A stretch of DNA of 64,000 nucleotides, taken from Escherichia phage adrianh. The stretch is taken from sequence record MN850614.1; one strand, given 5' to 3'. The position numbers and the translations under genes were made by a program. Shown piece by piece: positions 20,160 to 30,270 of the stretch (its first letter is position 1; each line of letters opens with the position of its first letter). The notes beneath the pieces were generated by a model. The model ran no database searches, was not told the DNA's origin, and saw nothing but the letters and a program-made list of their open reading frames with translations.

Positions 20160-20423
20160 TTGAGAGAGAATAAAATGTTTAACAAAAGTAAAGCTGTGAG
20201 TCATGTAGCAAAAGTTGACAGCAAGATTGAAGAACTTGAGCGCATCCTTGCAAATGCTAGAGAGTCAATAATTAAAGAAGTTGAAGCTGTTGAGTCTCAA
20301 ATGCAGCACCTAATGCTTAAACGTCAAGAGCTACGTGAACATCTAGAATATATTGAAACACGAGAGCTAAAGGTTAACAAATATTTTAAGGAGTCCGAAT
20401 GTTTAACTCAAGAGAATCAGTAA
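20160..20423 (+). CDS. Hypothetical coiled-coil protein
   Basis: 87 aa. Confidence 0.4.
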   Translation: MRENKMFNKSKAVSHVAKVDSKIEELERILANARESIIKEVEAVESQMQHLMLKRQELREHLEYIETRELKVNKYFKESECLTQENQ

Positions 20424-21154
20424 AAAACTGGAACCTTCGTTGTGGAAACACTCAAAAGCAACCTTACAGTGATGAGTATTGGGAATCTTTAAAATCTCAA
20501 TCTCTGTGTATGCTTGAAGAAGCAAAAGAGCTTGTAAAAGCAATTGAAGAGAAAGACCCCATTGAGACACTGGATGCTCAGGCAGATTTGCAATATGTCC
20601 TTGACGGCTTGATTTATCTGTCACAACATGACCATAACGGTGCTATGAAAGCTGTTTGCCGTAATAATGACCTGAAGTACACAGATGACTATGAAGAAGC
20701 TTTAAAACGTCTTGCAGACATTGAAAAGCGTACTGGTCAAGAGTGTATTATCAGAATGTCAGTAGTTGATGGTAAAGAGTGGTATGCTATTGTTCGTGCA
20801 GCCGATGGGAAGATTATGAAGCAATCAAATCTCCCTAAAGTACAGCTTGGTGAATACATTGTAGAACTTGAAAGCCAAGAACTTTTTGTGGTAGTATCTG
20901 AGACATGCGTTATCTGCAAAGGTATTGTAGGTAGCTTAAAGGATTTGGGTGTAGATGGTTTTGTAGAAGTTAATCCAATTACCTCTAAAGCAGATAAAGA
21001 CTTCTGTAAAGAGAACGGACTATGGATTGCAGATATTGTCTACTATGATGGTGAGCAGTTCCATGTAACCTCATACCCGAAACTGAATTATGATGCTAAT
21101 AACCTGAAGTGCTGGTTAAAAGGGGTTGGTTATAATGGATTCACAGAACATTAA
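20399..21154 (+). CDS. Hypothetical protein (possible all-alpha NTP pyrophosphohydrolase fold, weak)
   Basis: 251 aa; strong RBS AAGGAG; EEAKELV ... DAQADLQYVLDGL is only weakly MazG-like. Confidence 0.5.
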   Translation: MFNSRESVKNWNLRCGNTQKQPYSDEYWESLKSQSLCMLEEAKELVKAIEEKDPIETLDAQADLQYVLDGLIYLSQHDHNGAMKAVCRNNDLKYTDDYEEALKRLADIEKRTGQECIIRMSVVDGKEWYAIVRAADGKIMKQSNLPKVQLGEYIVELESQELFVVVSETCVICKGIVGSLKDLGVDGFVEVNPITSKADKDFCKENGLWIADIVYYDGEQFHVTSYPKLNYDANNLKCWLKGVGYNGFTEH

Positions 21155-21458
21155 TAAAGAGGGTGTGGCTCAGAAGAGCCACTTCTCAAACTACAATATT
21201 TCTATGACGGTGTTTATGAATGACCCGTTACTAGAAAAATATGGTGAGACTCCAGATACACTTCTGGACAATGAACAAGTTTTAAAAGCAGTCCTGTACA
21301 AATACGGTATTGATATTGAGAAAGAGTATTCTTTTGAAATCTGCCAACACAGAAACACTTTTGGTAAAGTTGTGATGGCTCCACTCTTTATGGGCGTAGA
21401 AAGGACTGACTATGGCTGGTTGTATCTGAAAAGAAACTTGGAGAAATACCGTGTCTAA
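21135..21458 (+). CDS. Hypothetical protein
   Basis: ATG at 21135 preferred over the TTG at 21126 because of RBS spacing. Confidence 0.4.
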   Translation: MDSQNINKEGVAQKSHFSNYNISMTVFMNDPLLEKYGETPDTLLDNEQVLKAVLYKYGIDIEKEYSFEICQHRNTFGKVVMAPLFMGVERTDYGWLYLKRNLEKYRV

Positions 21459-21786
21459 AGCAAAAAAGCTATCTTATGATGACATTATCTCAGGTGCTAA
21501 GTTAGGTGTTGATAGTATCGGACAAGATGTTAAGCACGGAGACACAGTCATGTACTGTGATGACCGAAGAGGTAGAAGTGCAATCTTGTTTGGAAGAATT
21601 GTTTGCAAGATGAGAGGTAATTACGTTGTTGCAGACATGGATGTGAACGTTACACAAAAACTTGAAACAATTATGGATGCTAGCGCACCATCATGGTTCC
21701 TAAATTGTATGCACACCTCGTCAGTCACAAAAGTAAGTGATAAGTTTTACGATATGTGGCAGAATGAGCAAATTTTCAAGATTTAA
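21451..21786 (+). CDS. Hypothetical protein
   Basis: 111 aa; GTG start with GGAGAAA upstream. Confidence 0.4.
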   Translation: MSKAKKLSYDDIISGAKLGVDSIGQDVKHGDTVMYCDDRRGRSAILFGRIVCKMRGNYVVADMDVNVTQKLETIMDASAPSWFLNCMHTSSVTKVSDKFYDMWQNEQIFKI

Positions 21787-21791
21787 ACTAT

Positions 21792-21815
21792 GGAGCCTCT
21801 TCGGAGGCTCTTTTC
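21792..21815 (+). terminator. Rho-independent terminator
   Basis: GAGCCTC-TTCG-GAGGCTC hairpin followed by TTTT. Confidence 0.65.
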
Positions 21816-21832
21816 ATCTGTAGGATTCAAAA

Positions 21833-24067
21833 ATGATTAAGACAATTAAAAAATCAAACGGTACAGTAGTAAGCTTTGACCCAGAAAGACTGAATAAGTG
21901 GGCATCATGGGCAGATAAACGTGGGGTTATCTGGTCAGAAGTCACTATGGAAGCCATGAAACGTGTCTATGAGGGTTGCACTACAAAAGAGATGCACCAA
22001 GCCATGATTGATGTTTGTGTTGATAAACAAACTCAAGAGTACTCAGATATGGCTGGACGACTGCTTTTGGGTATTATCTACAAAGAAGCCTTTGGAGGCT
22101 TTACTAAGGTTCCTACGCTGGTTACCTTCGTTAAAAATATGGAGAGAGCAGGACTTTGGGAGAAGATGGATTATTCACAGGAAGAGCTTGAATACCTGCA
22201 AGGTTACATCGTACACTCAAAAGATATCTCTTACGGTTATGCAGTCTTGAAACAGTTCAGAGACAAGTATGGTATCCGTGATATTAAAACGGGAAGACTT
22301 TTTGAGTCACCACAATTTATGTTTATGGGTATGGCTATGAAAGCTTTTGAGAAGCAACCAAAGCACCGTAGACTGCAAGATGTTATCAAGCTGTACACTT
22401 ATCTATCTGACCTGAAGATTAATGCTCCCACACCTTATTTAAACGGTTTAAGAGCTACTAAATCAGGTTATGCGTCATGCTGTTTGATTAAGGCGAATGA
22501 TACTGCTGAATCTCTAGGTATTGCTGCAAAGGTTGCCTATGACATGACCACAAAGCAAGCTGGTATTGGGATGCTGATGGAGACTCGCACTATTGGTGAT
22601 GGCATCCGTCAAAATACTATTGAACACATGGGTAAGCTGCCTTATTATAAGCTCGTACGTTCATCTGTAGAGGCAAACAAACAGAAGAGTCGTGGTGGTT
22701 CAGCTAATAACTTCTACACTGCTCTAGACCCGCAGATTGAAGATTTACTGCGTTTGAAGCACCCTACAACGGTTCCTTCTAAACGTATTAATGAGATGGA
22801 CTACTCATTCGGCACAAACGATTATTTCTGGCAGTGTGTTCAGTATGATACAGATTGGTTGCTATTCTCTTACAAAGATGCACCAAAACTCTATGACATG
22901 TTCTACACAGCATCTGCTGATGAGTTTGCTATGGCAGTTGGTCACGCAGTACATACAGGAGTTAAGCACAGACGAGTAAAGGCTCGTGAAATTGCTAAGC
23001 TGTTTATTCAACAGCGTTATGCTACAGGTCGTGTGTATCCATTCTTCACTAACAATGCAAACACACATACACCATTTAAAGAACCATTGAAGATGTCAAA
23101 TCTTTGTATGGAAATTGTATTGCCAGTGTATGGTTTTGAGAAAGAGACAGACCTTTACAGAGACGATGCTGTGAAAGAGGATGGTGAGGTGGCTCTTTGC
23201 TTCCTAGCTAGTTTGGTTGCAGGGAGAATTTCAGAAGATGAATACGCTGACGTTGCTTATTATGCTCTTGCAATGGTTGACTCCGTTATTGACCTTATGG
23301 ATTATCCGTATCCGTCGATGCGTAACCATGTTCAGAAGCGTCGTTCTGTTGGGATTGGCCTTACAAATGTGGCTCATTACCTTGCGAAGAACTACGTGAA
23401 CTACTCTTCACGAGCAGGTAAAACGAAACTTCATGAACTTGCAGAGATGCACTCTTACTATCTGCATGAAGCCTCTCTGAGACTTGCTAAAGAGCGTGGC
23501 GTTCCAGAGTACATGAAGTTCACTAAGTATCCTGAAGGCTGGGTTCCTCCAAAGACAGCTAACAAGGAGATTGATGAAAAGCATGATGCAAAACTACGAT
23601 ATGATTGGGATGACTTAGCACAACGTATCAAAGAAAATGGTGGAATCCGAAACTCTGTATTAGAAGCTTACATGCCTAATGAGAGTTCTTCACTAGCAAC
23701 TAATACGACAAACGGCTTGTACCCAATTCGTGACTTTATTTTAACTAAAAAGTCTGCAACCGGTAACGTACTGTTTATTGTTCCAGATTATGAAGAACTG
23801 AAGTATGTCTATGAAATTGCTTGGGATATTGACACCTTTGATATGATTGATTGTTATGCAATTGTTCAAAAGTTCACTGGTCAGGCTATCTCTTCAGACT
23901 TCTATGTTGACTATGCAAAGTCTAAGAAGGTATCATTGGCTCAAGCTTTGAAGTACATGATTTATGCCAACTCGGTAGGTATGAAAACCATGTACTACCT
24001 TAACAGTCGCATTGGTGTAGGTAAATCTGCACTGCAAGATGCTTATTGCGAGGGTTGTGGTGTTTAG
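21833..24067 (+). CDS. nrdA: Ribonucleotide reductase class Ia, alpha subunit
   Basis: 744 aa; active-site region SNLCMEIV; C-terminal CEGCG. Confidence 0.9.
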   Translation: MIKTIKKSNGTVVSFDPERLNKWASWADKRGVIWSEVTMEAMKRVYEGCTTKEMHQAMIDVCVDKQTQEYSDMAGRLLLGIIYKEAFGGFTKVPTLVTFVKNMERAGLWEKMDYSQEELEYLQGYIVHSKDISYGYAVLKQFRDKYGIRDIKTGRLFESPQFMFMGMAMKAFEKQPKHRRLQDVIKLYTYLSDLKINAPTPYLNGLRATKSGYASCCLIKANDTAESLGIAAKVAYDMTTKQAGIGMLMETRTIGDGIRQNTIEHMGKLPYYKLVRSSVEANKQKSRGGSANNFYTALDPQIEDLLRLKHPTTVPSKRINEMDYSFGTNDYFWQCVQYDTDWLLFSYKDAPKLYDMFYTASADEFAMAVGHAVHTGVKHRRVKAREIAKLFIQQRYATGRVYPFFTNNANTHTPFKEPLKMSNLCMEIVLPVYGFEKETDLYRDDAVKEDGEVALCFLASLVAGRISEDEYADVAYYALAMVDSVIDLMDYPYPSMRNHVQKRRSVGIGLTNVAHYLAKNYVNYSSRAGKTKLHELAEMHSYYLHEASLRLAKERGVPEYMKFTKYPEGWVPPKTANKEIDEKHDAKLRYDWDDLAQRIKENGGIRNSVLEAYMPNESSSLATNTTNGLYPIRDFILTKKSATGNVLFIVPDYEELKYVYEIAWDIDTFDMIDCYAIVQKFTGQAISSDFYVDYAKSKKVSLAQALKYMIYANSVGMKTMYYLNSRIGVGKSALQDAYCEGCGV

Positions 24068-24122
24068 TTTTAATAACTATGAGGGTCGTAAAAGACCCTC
24101 TAAAAATAACTTTGGAGAGACC

Positions 24123-24380
24123 ATGAAAGATTTAATAGAAAAACATGAGCGACCTATATACTTGCTCCACAAGCCTCGGAAAACGATGTACTATGTGAGT
24201 AGCACAGACATGATGATAAAACAAAAGGATGACTCATGGGTTGCTGGTATCTCTTACATCTCTACAGCAGATGGTAAAATCTACGCAAGACCTTATGAGA
24301 TGTTCAATGAAGAAAATTGGGAAGTTTTAGACAGAAAACAAGCCTTAGAAATGATAAAGAAAGGAGAAATCACACTATGA
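24123..24380 (+). CDS. Hypothetical protein between nrdA and nrdB
   Basis: ATG at 24123 with GGAGAG RBS just after a GAGGGTC/GACCCTC hairpin; stop overlaps the nrdB start (ATGA). Confidence 0.45.
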   Translation: MKDLIEKHERPIYLLHKPRKTMYYVSSTDMMIKQKDDSWVAGISYISTADGKIYARPYEMFNEENWEVLDRKQALEMIKKGEITL

Positions 24381-25450
24381 TTAACCAGCACCCAATCTTT
24401 TTAGGTGGTGAGAGAAAAACTTTTGACTCACTTAATAAGCACTACCCAAAAATCTTTGAACTTTATAAACAACAAAAAGCACAAGACTGGTCAGAAGATG
24501 AGTTCCCTTTTGAGCAATCACGTCTTGATTTTGAGAGTGTGCCAGCATCAATGTCAGGTGTAATGCTTGAGATTCTTAAGTGGCAGTGGGAAGCAGATAC
24601 CCAAGTTGCTAAGAGCTTGGCATTCGCCTTTGCACCATTCATCTCTGATGATATTTATGCAACTGCAATTATGAAGCAGTCTGAGATTGAAAACCTACAT
24701 GCTCTAACTTACTCGGAGATTGTAAGGCAATGTATTAAAAATCCTGAAACAATCTTAGATGAGATTAACCAGAATGTTGCTGTGCAAGACCGATTAAAAA
24801 CTGTGAATCGTGTTCTTGAAGAATTACTGGATGAAGGTATAAACTATCGTCTGAGTTATGTGCGTGACTCACTTCTGGACAAAGACCCTTTACACTTCCA
24901 TAAAGTGATTCTGAAAGGTCTATTTGCAGTGACTGCACTGGAAGGAATATCTTTTATGGCATCCTTTGCATGTACTTTTGCACTTGATGCTCAAGATAAA
25001 TTTCAAGGTATTGCTCAAGCTGTCCAGAAAATTATGCTTGACGAAATCCTTCACACTAAAATTGATATTGAAGTTTTAAAAGAAACTTTAAGAGATGATG
25101 AGTGGCAAAAAGCTTTCCAACAAATTCTTCCAGAGATTAAAGTAATCTTAGATGAAGTAGTTGAAAGTGAAGAGAAATGGTCGTATTATATCTTCTCCGA
25201 AGGACGTGCTGTAGTTGGGTTAAATACAAAGCTTCTTCATGAGTGGGTTTACTATAATGCTGCCCCACTGTATGATATGTTTGGCATTCCCAGAGATTTT
25301 GTAGCTCCTAAAGAACCACCTTTGAAGTATATGATTAAGAAGATGGAAATTGATAAAGAGCAGAATGCTAATCAGGAGCAACAGAACGGTGCGTACCTGT
25401 TGAATACTGTTGTAGACGATTTGAATAGTGGATTTTTAGAGGTTCCTTAA
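24377..25450 (+). CDS. nrdB: Ribonucleotide reductase class Ia, beta subunit
   Basis: Start set at ATG 24377 with strong RBS AAGGAGAAA; position after nrdA. Confidence 0.8.
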   Translation: MINQHPIFLGGERKTFDSLNKHYPKIFELYKQQKAQDWSEDEFPFEQSRLDFESVPASMSGVMLEILKWQWEADTQVAKSLAFAFAPFISDDIYATAIMKQSEIENLHALTYSEIVRQCIKNPETILDEINQNVAVQDRLKTVNRVLEELLDEGINYRLSYVRDSLLDKDPLHFHKVILKGLFAVTALEGISFMASFACTFALDAQDKFQGIAQAVQKIMLDEILHTKIDIEVLKETLRDDEWQKAFQQILPEIKVILDEVVESEEKWSYYIFSEGRAVVGLNTKLLHEWVYYNAAPLYDMFGIPRDFVAPKEPPLKYMIKKMEIDKEQNANQEQQNGAYLLNTVVDDLNSGFLEVP

Positions 25451-25692
25451 TGACTTATGTAATTTACTCCAAAACTGGATGCCCTCAGTGTGAGACTGCA
25501 AAGAATTTTGCAAAAGCTCGTGGTATTGACCACGTTGTGAGAATGTTAGGGCAGGATTATGAGCTATCAGACCTGATGGATATTGCACAGATGCCAGTTC
25601 GTCAGATGCCATTCATCATGAAAACTGATGGACAAAACCTAAAACCTGTTGGTACGCTACAGAATTTTATGGCAGAGGTGAATAATGCTTAA
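25450..25692 (+). CDS. Glutaredoxin/thioredoxin-like protein
   Basis: 80 aa; CPQC redox motif near the N-terminus. Confidence 0.65.
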   Translation: MTYVIYSKTGCPQCETAKNFAKARGIDHVVRMLGQDYELSDLMDIAQMPVRQMPFIMKTDGQNLKPVGTLQNFMAEVNNA

Positions 25693-25891
25693 ACGCCTTT
25701 GGGAAGGTTTGGTTGTTGATGCACCAGCTATTGTGATTGGTATGCTTATTGTTAACCTATTTACTGACTTTGAACAAGGTTCATTGTTTGGAGCCATGTT
25801 ACTATGGGTTATCTTTGAAATATTAGAGATACAGTTAGGTATCACTGAAAAACTAAGAGAACTCTTTGCGAAGTTTTCTAAAAAGATTTAA
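25685..25891 (+). CDS. Small membrane protein
   Basis: 68 aa, hydrophobic; RBS GAGGTG. Confidence 0.45.
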   Translation: MLKRLWEGLVVDAPAIVIGMLIVNLFTDFEQGSLFGAMLLWVIFEILEIQLGITEKLRELFAKFSKKI

Positions 25892-25897
25892 AATGAA

Positions 25898-25921
25898 AGG
25901 GTCTCTTCGGAGACCTTTTTA
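25898..25921 (+). terminator. Rho-independent terminator
   Basis: GGTCTC-TTCG-GAGACC hairpin followed by TTTTT. Confidence 0.65.
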
Positions 25922-25939
25922 GCATGTAAAGGGGCAATA

Positions 25940-28084
25940 ATGAACAAAGTACAGATTATTAAAAAGAATGGCTCACTCGAAGAACCTGATATCAAAAAAG
26001 TTTTAGCAGCAGTCACAAAGTCAGCTAATAGGGTTGGGTATAAAGAACTTCCACCAGATGTTACCCAAGCTCTTGAGTCAGCATTTATGAGGATTCTGGT
26101 AAAATCTACTAAGCAGAATAATTTACTCATTTCAGTAAATGATATTCACAGTATTGTTGAAGGTGCTTTGGCAGAAGTCAATCACGAGATTTATGAGTCT
26201 TACTCAACATATAGAAATTACCGTAAAGAGGTTGCTCAAAATTGGGATGAACTCTACCAGAAGACCAAAGATACACTCTTCTTAGGTGACCGAGAAAACG
26301 CTAATTTTGACAGCAGTTTAATTTCTACAAAAGGCTCAATTATTCGTGGTTACCTGACTAAAGAAATCTTTAAACAGTACCACCTAACACCAGAGGAACT
26401 TGAAGCCATTGAAAAAGGGTTTATCTATATCCATGATTTAAGAGACCTGATTTTTGGTGGTATCAACTGTTGCTTGTTTGACATTGGTAAAGTGCTGAAA
26501 GGTGGCTTTGAAATGTCTGGCATTGAATACTGTGAACCGAAGTCTGTACTGTCAGCCTTACAGGTTATTGGTGATGTAGTTCTTTCAGCAACTGCACAGC
26601 AATTTGGTGGCTTTACTTTAGCAGAGATTGATAAGGTACTTGTACCGTATGCTAAGAAGTCTCTACGTTACCATGCTGAAAAAGCAACAGCTTATGGTAT
26701 TCCTAAAGAACATTACCACAACTATGTCATGGAGCAGCTACAGATTGAATTAACTCAAGGTTTTCAGTCTCTTGAAATGAAGCTCAATACTGTGCCTTGT
26801 AGCCGTGGTGATTTTGCATTCACAACTTTGACATTCGGGTTACTTGACTCAGATATGTCTAATGAAGATAACCGACTGCAATACATGATTGCAAGCACTC
26901 TCCTAGATGTTCGTATGAATGGACAAGGTAAGAGCAAGAAGCCTGTTGTATTCCCTAAACTGGTTTATATTTATGACCAGAAGAGACATAATGAGAATAT
27001 CTGTCAAGGCCACCTGTACAGTAAAGCTATTGAGTGTTGCTCTAAAGCAATGTATCCAGATTTCTTAAGTGTGTCTGGTCATGGTGCTGTAGCTGAAGCT
27101 TTTGAGCGTTCTGGTAAGGTAATTTCCCCGATGGGTTGTAGAGCCTTCTTATCACCATATCTTAACGAGAATGGGGAAGAGTTCTATGTAGGTCGTGCTA
27201 ACATTGGTGCTGTGTCTTTGAACTTACCAATGATTTACCAGTATTCTAAAGAGAATGGTTTAGATTTCTGGAAAGAGCTTGATAAGTACCTAGAGATGAT
27301 TCGCAGCTTCCACAAGAAACGCTACGAAATGATTGCTAATATGCCAGCAAGTTCTAACCCTCTTGCATTCACACAAGGTGGTCTGTACAAAGGAACTAAG
27401 AAACCTACTGACAAGGTTGGTTGGGATATCGTGAAGTCCTTCACAGCTTCTTTTGGGGTTACTGCTCTTGATGAGCTGTCTGTTCTTGCTGAAGGTAAAC
27501 GACTTCATGAAGTTGGAAGCTATAGTTTTGCATACGATGTTCTGGCATACATTAACATGAAAACTGAAGAGTTTAAGAATGAAGATGGCTTCTTGTATGC
27601 GGTATATGGCACTCCAGCAGAGTCATTATGTGGAACTCAGCTAAAACAATTCAGAGATATGTTTGGCGTTATCAAAGGTGTCTCTGACAAGGAATACTTT
27701 ACAAACAGTTTCCATATGAATGTTGCAGCAGACATCTCACCATTTGAGAAGCAGGACTTAGAAGAGCCATTCTTCCATATCTGTAGAGGTGGTAGAATCC
27801 AGTATGTCAGAGTAGCTAACCCAGAAAACTTACCAGCACTTAAAAGCTGTATTACAAGAGGGATGTTGAAAGGTTTCTATCAGGGACTTAACTTTGACTT
27901 AGCAATCTGTGAACATTGTGGTAACAGACCAAAGGCTGATGTTGAAGAATGTGAGGTTTGCCATTCACATGACATCTCTGTGATTAACAGGGTGTGCGGA
28001 TATCTGGGATGGACTAAGATTAAAGGTGAATCCCGAATGAATGATGCAAAAATCGCTGAGATTCGTGACAGGATTTCTATGTAA
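25940..28084 (+). CDS. nrdD: Anaerobic ribonucleotide reductase (class III)
   Basis: 714 aa; C-terminal glycyl-radical motif RVCGYLG; zinc ribbon CEHCG ... CEVCH. Confidence 0.9.
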   Translation: MNKVQIIKKNGSLEEPDIKKVLAAVTKSANRVGYKELPPDVTQALESAFMRILVKSTKQNNLLISVNDIHSIVEGALAEVNHEIYESYSTYRNYRKEVAQNWDELYQKTKDTLFLGDRENANFDSSLISTKGSIIRGYLTKEIFKQYHLTPEELEAIEKGFIYIHDLRDLIFGGINCCLFDIGKVLKGGFEMSGIEYCEPKSVLSALQVIGDVVLSATAQQFGGFTLAEIDKVLVPYAKKSLRYHAEKATAYGIPKEHYHNYVMEQLQIELTQGFQSLEMKLNTVPCSRGDFAFTTLTFGLLDSDMSNEDNRLQYMIASTLLDVRMNGQGKSKKPVVFPKLVYIYDQKRHNENICQGHLYSKAIECCSKAMYPDFLSVSGHGAVAEAFERSGKVISPMGCRAFLSPYLNENGEEFYVGRANIGAVSLNLPMIYQYSKENGLDFWKELDKYLEMIRSFHKKRYEMIANMPASSNPLAFTQGGLYKGTKKPTDKVGWDIVKSFTASFGVTALDELSVLAEGKRLHEVGSYSFAYDVLAYINMKTEEFKNEDGFLYAVYGTPAESLCGTQLKQFRDMFGVIKGVSDKEYFTNSFHMNVAADISPFEKQDLEEPFFHICRGGRIQYVRVANPENLPALKSCITRGMLKGFYQGLNFDLAICEHCGNRPKADVEECEVCHSHDISVINRVCGYLGWTKIKGESRMNDAKIAEIRDRISM

Positions 28085-28093
28085 AACTTGACA

Positions 28094-28135
28094 AGGTGAT
28101 GTGGGTCTTGATAGGCTTACATCACCTTTTTTATT
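28094..28135 (+). terminator. Rho-independent terminator after nrdD
   Basis: 9-bp stem AGGTGATGT / ACATCACCT followed by TTTTTT. Confidence 0.6.
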
Positions 28136-28238
28136 GGATGTCAGACATGGCAGAGAGTATTATCGGTTTGTTCATAGGTTCTGTCTTACTAGGATTCTTT
28201 TTAGGACTTTCTTATTGTGAATTGAGAGATAAGTTAAA

Positions 28239-28439
28239 ATGTTTAAAATATCAAAAACGTTGATATACATACTCCACATTCTAATCTTCTTCTTTGGGGT
28301 TAGTGTTATGGTATGGGGTTTTTCAGACCCACAATGGAGTTTATCATATCACGGACAAATGGATTTATGGTCATGCTTCAAACCATTTTTAGGGTTAGCT
28401 ATAGCATTCAGTGCATTACCAACTAGGGTGAAATTATGA
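28239..28439 (+). CDS. Small membrane protein
   Basis: 66 aa, hydrophobic. Confidence 0.35.
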   Translation: MFKISKTLIYILHILIFFFGVSVMVWGFSDPQWSLSYHGQMDLWSCFKPFLGLAIAFSALPTRVKL

Positions 28440-28831
28440 TTAAGTTGAACCAAAAACAGTTAGAGTGGGTTAAAGACTACGCCTCAGAGTGTGGCTCTTG
28501 CGAAAAGAATCACGTAAAATACTCAACATTCCATACAGTCTTCACATTGTACATCAGCGACAATGTTCTAAGCGACTCCGTAGAAGACGGTGTAGCGTTG
28601 CCTAATGAGTTACTTGATAAATTAGCTGTAGTCACTGGAACTTGGTCTGAAGAAGATGGTCATGAATTATCTGATGATGTTGTCTTCTACACCCTTGAAA
28701 ACATCATGAATCCAGAGTACATTATGCTAATGACTTGCGCGCAAGACTGTGTTCCATTACAAGACTTTATTAAAGAACACTGTGAAGAGTTTATTACTAA
28801 ACAGGTTCCTTGTGAGGTGGTGTTTGAATGA
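28436..28831 (+). CDS. Hypothetical protein
   Basis: 131 aa. Confidence 0.45.
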   Translation: MIKLNQKQLEWVKDYASECGSCEKNHVKYSTFHTVFTLYISDNVLSDSVEDGVALPNELLDKLAVVTGTWSEEDGHELSDDVVFYTLENIMNPEYIMLMTCAQDCVPLQDFIKEHCEEFITKQVPCEVVFE

Positions 28832-28890
28832 GTAAAACAATTCGAAGAAAAGGTTTAAAGAACATTTATATTTATTGGTGAGGTAAATAG

Positions 28891-29376
28891 ATGAATTACA
28901 TGGAGATTAGACCATTTGACACAGCTAATGGTGAAGGGGTTCGTGTAAGCCTCTTCGTAGCTGGTTGTAAGCATCACTGTGAAGGCTGCTTTAACAGGGA
29001 GTCTTGGAAGTTTAATGCTGGTAAAGAGTTTACCTATGCAAACCTCTACGGCATCATTAAGTTAATGGATGATAATGCTATCAGTGGGCTGTCAATACTT
29101 GGTGGGGAGCCTCTGGATGACAGAAACATTCAAGAGGTCACCAACATATGCAAGCGTATTAAAACTGTTTATCCAGAAAAGTCTATATGGCTTTGGACAG
29201 GTTTTCAACTGCACGAAAAAATCCACTTAGATGTGATGAAATATGTTGACGTGGTGATTGATGGTAAGTATGATTCGTCTAAACCAACAGTTAAACCATA
29301 TCGTGGTTCTGATAACCAAAACCTCTGGAGAAAAGAGTATGGGTGGCAAGGCGATTGTCAATGGCGAGCAGAATGA
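28891..29376 (+). CDS. nrdG: Anaerobic RNR activating enzyme (radical SAM)
   Basis: 161 aa; cysteine cluster CKHHCEGC near the N-terminus. Confidence 0.8.
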   Translation: MNYMEIRPFDTANGEGVRVSLFVAGCKHHCEGCFNRESWKFNAGKEFTYANLYGIIKLMDDNAISGLSILGGEPLDDRNIQEVTNICKRIKTVYPEKSIWLWTGFQLHEKIHLDVMKYVDVVIDGKYDSSKPTVKPYRGSDNQNLWRKEYGWQGDCQWRAE

Positions 29377-29614
29377 TTATTCTGGCAAGTGGACTTATGA
29401 CATCAACAAGTTAGATGCCTGGATTATTTATACAAGAGAAAAATTTGGTGCACATCCATTATGTGCTCTTGCAACGATTGTAAAGAATGTCACCTTTGCC
29501 ATACACGAGTCAGATAAATTTGGAGACTTCTACAGGATTCAAAACATCAGAGAAGGTGTAACTCCAATCGGTATCACTGAAGAAGAACTCCATAAGTTCT
29601 GTATTAAACTTTAA
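29339..29614 (+). CDS. Hypothetical protein (start uncertain; ORF opens at 29258)
   Basis: ORF overlaps the nrdG 3' end; internal ATG at 29339 chosen. Confidence 0.35.
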   Translation: MGGKAIVNGEQNDYSGKWTYDINKLDAWIIYTREKFGAHPLCALATIVKNVTFAIHESDKFGDFYRIQNIREGVTPIGITEEELHKFCIKL

Positions 29615-29629
29615 TGAGAGAGACTAAAA

Positions 29630-29896
29630 ATGGGAATTTTAGGTAATATGAAGGCTGGCTTCTTGAAGGCACTGGCAAAAGCAGCAGCAATCATTTCTAT
29701 GACTGGAAAGCAGGTCGGTGTAGATGCTTCAGCGGTTGCACAGGTTCTTACAAGCCAAATTGAACAGCAGCCTTACATCTACGTAGGACGTGGTAAAGGT
29801 GGTAAGAAACAAGCTCACCACCAGTCTGGTGCAGCAGCTATTAAACGAGCAGCTAAGAAAGCTCGTAACCGTAAACGTAATAAGAAGGTTAAATAA
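29630..29896 (+). CDS. Hypothetical protein with basic C-terminus
   Basis: 88 aa; C-terminal KKARNRKRNKKVK. Confidence 0.4.
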   Translation: MGILGNMKAGFLKALAKAAAIISMTGKQVGVDASAVAQVLTSQIEQQPYIYVGRGKGGKKQAHHQSGAAAIKRAAKKARNRKRNKKVK

Positions 29897-29898
29897 TC

Positions 29899-30219
29899 AT
29901 GAGCAAAGTATATAACACTCGCAAATTACAGATTTTCGTACTGTGCCAGTTTATGGCTAAAGAATATAACTTCTACTATTGCGGCACAGGTTTTATTAGC
30001 GATGATGATGGTTCATACCTACCATTTAAAGAAGCTGTGAAGCTCTTTAATGAAGAGAAAAACTCTAAGAAAGATATTGAAAAGGTCAAGCTAACCTATA
30101 GCAAGAAAGATAAGAAGATTATCTGCCTAGATAACTTTGTAAAAGTTACTGGAGAAGCAAAAGAGTTTATGGATGAGAGTGAGATTTCATTCACAAGCAT
30201 CTTGAAAGTAGCTCAGTAA
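29899..30219 (+). CDS. Hypothetical protein
   Basis: 106 aa. Confidence 0.4.
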   Translation: MSKVYNTRKLQIFVLCQFMAKEYNFYYCGTGFISDDDGSYLPFKEAVKLFNEEKNSKKDIEKVKLTYSKKDKKIICLDNFVKVTGEAKEFMDESEISFTSILKVAQ

Positions 30220-30232
30220 ACAGATACTATAA

Positions 30233-30260
30233 GGGAACCTTTACAGTTCCCTTTTTATTT
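30233..30260 (+). terminator. Rho-independent terminator
   Basis: GGGAAC ... GTTCCC hairpin followed by TTTTT. Confidence 0.6.
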
Positions 30261-30270
30261 TGGAGATGAT

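Noticed and set aside
28088-28116. TTGACA-N17-ATAGGC as a promoter after nrdD
   Set aside because: The same sequence forms a 9-bp stem with a following T6 run, so a terminator is the better explanation; the -10 is poor.
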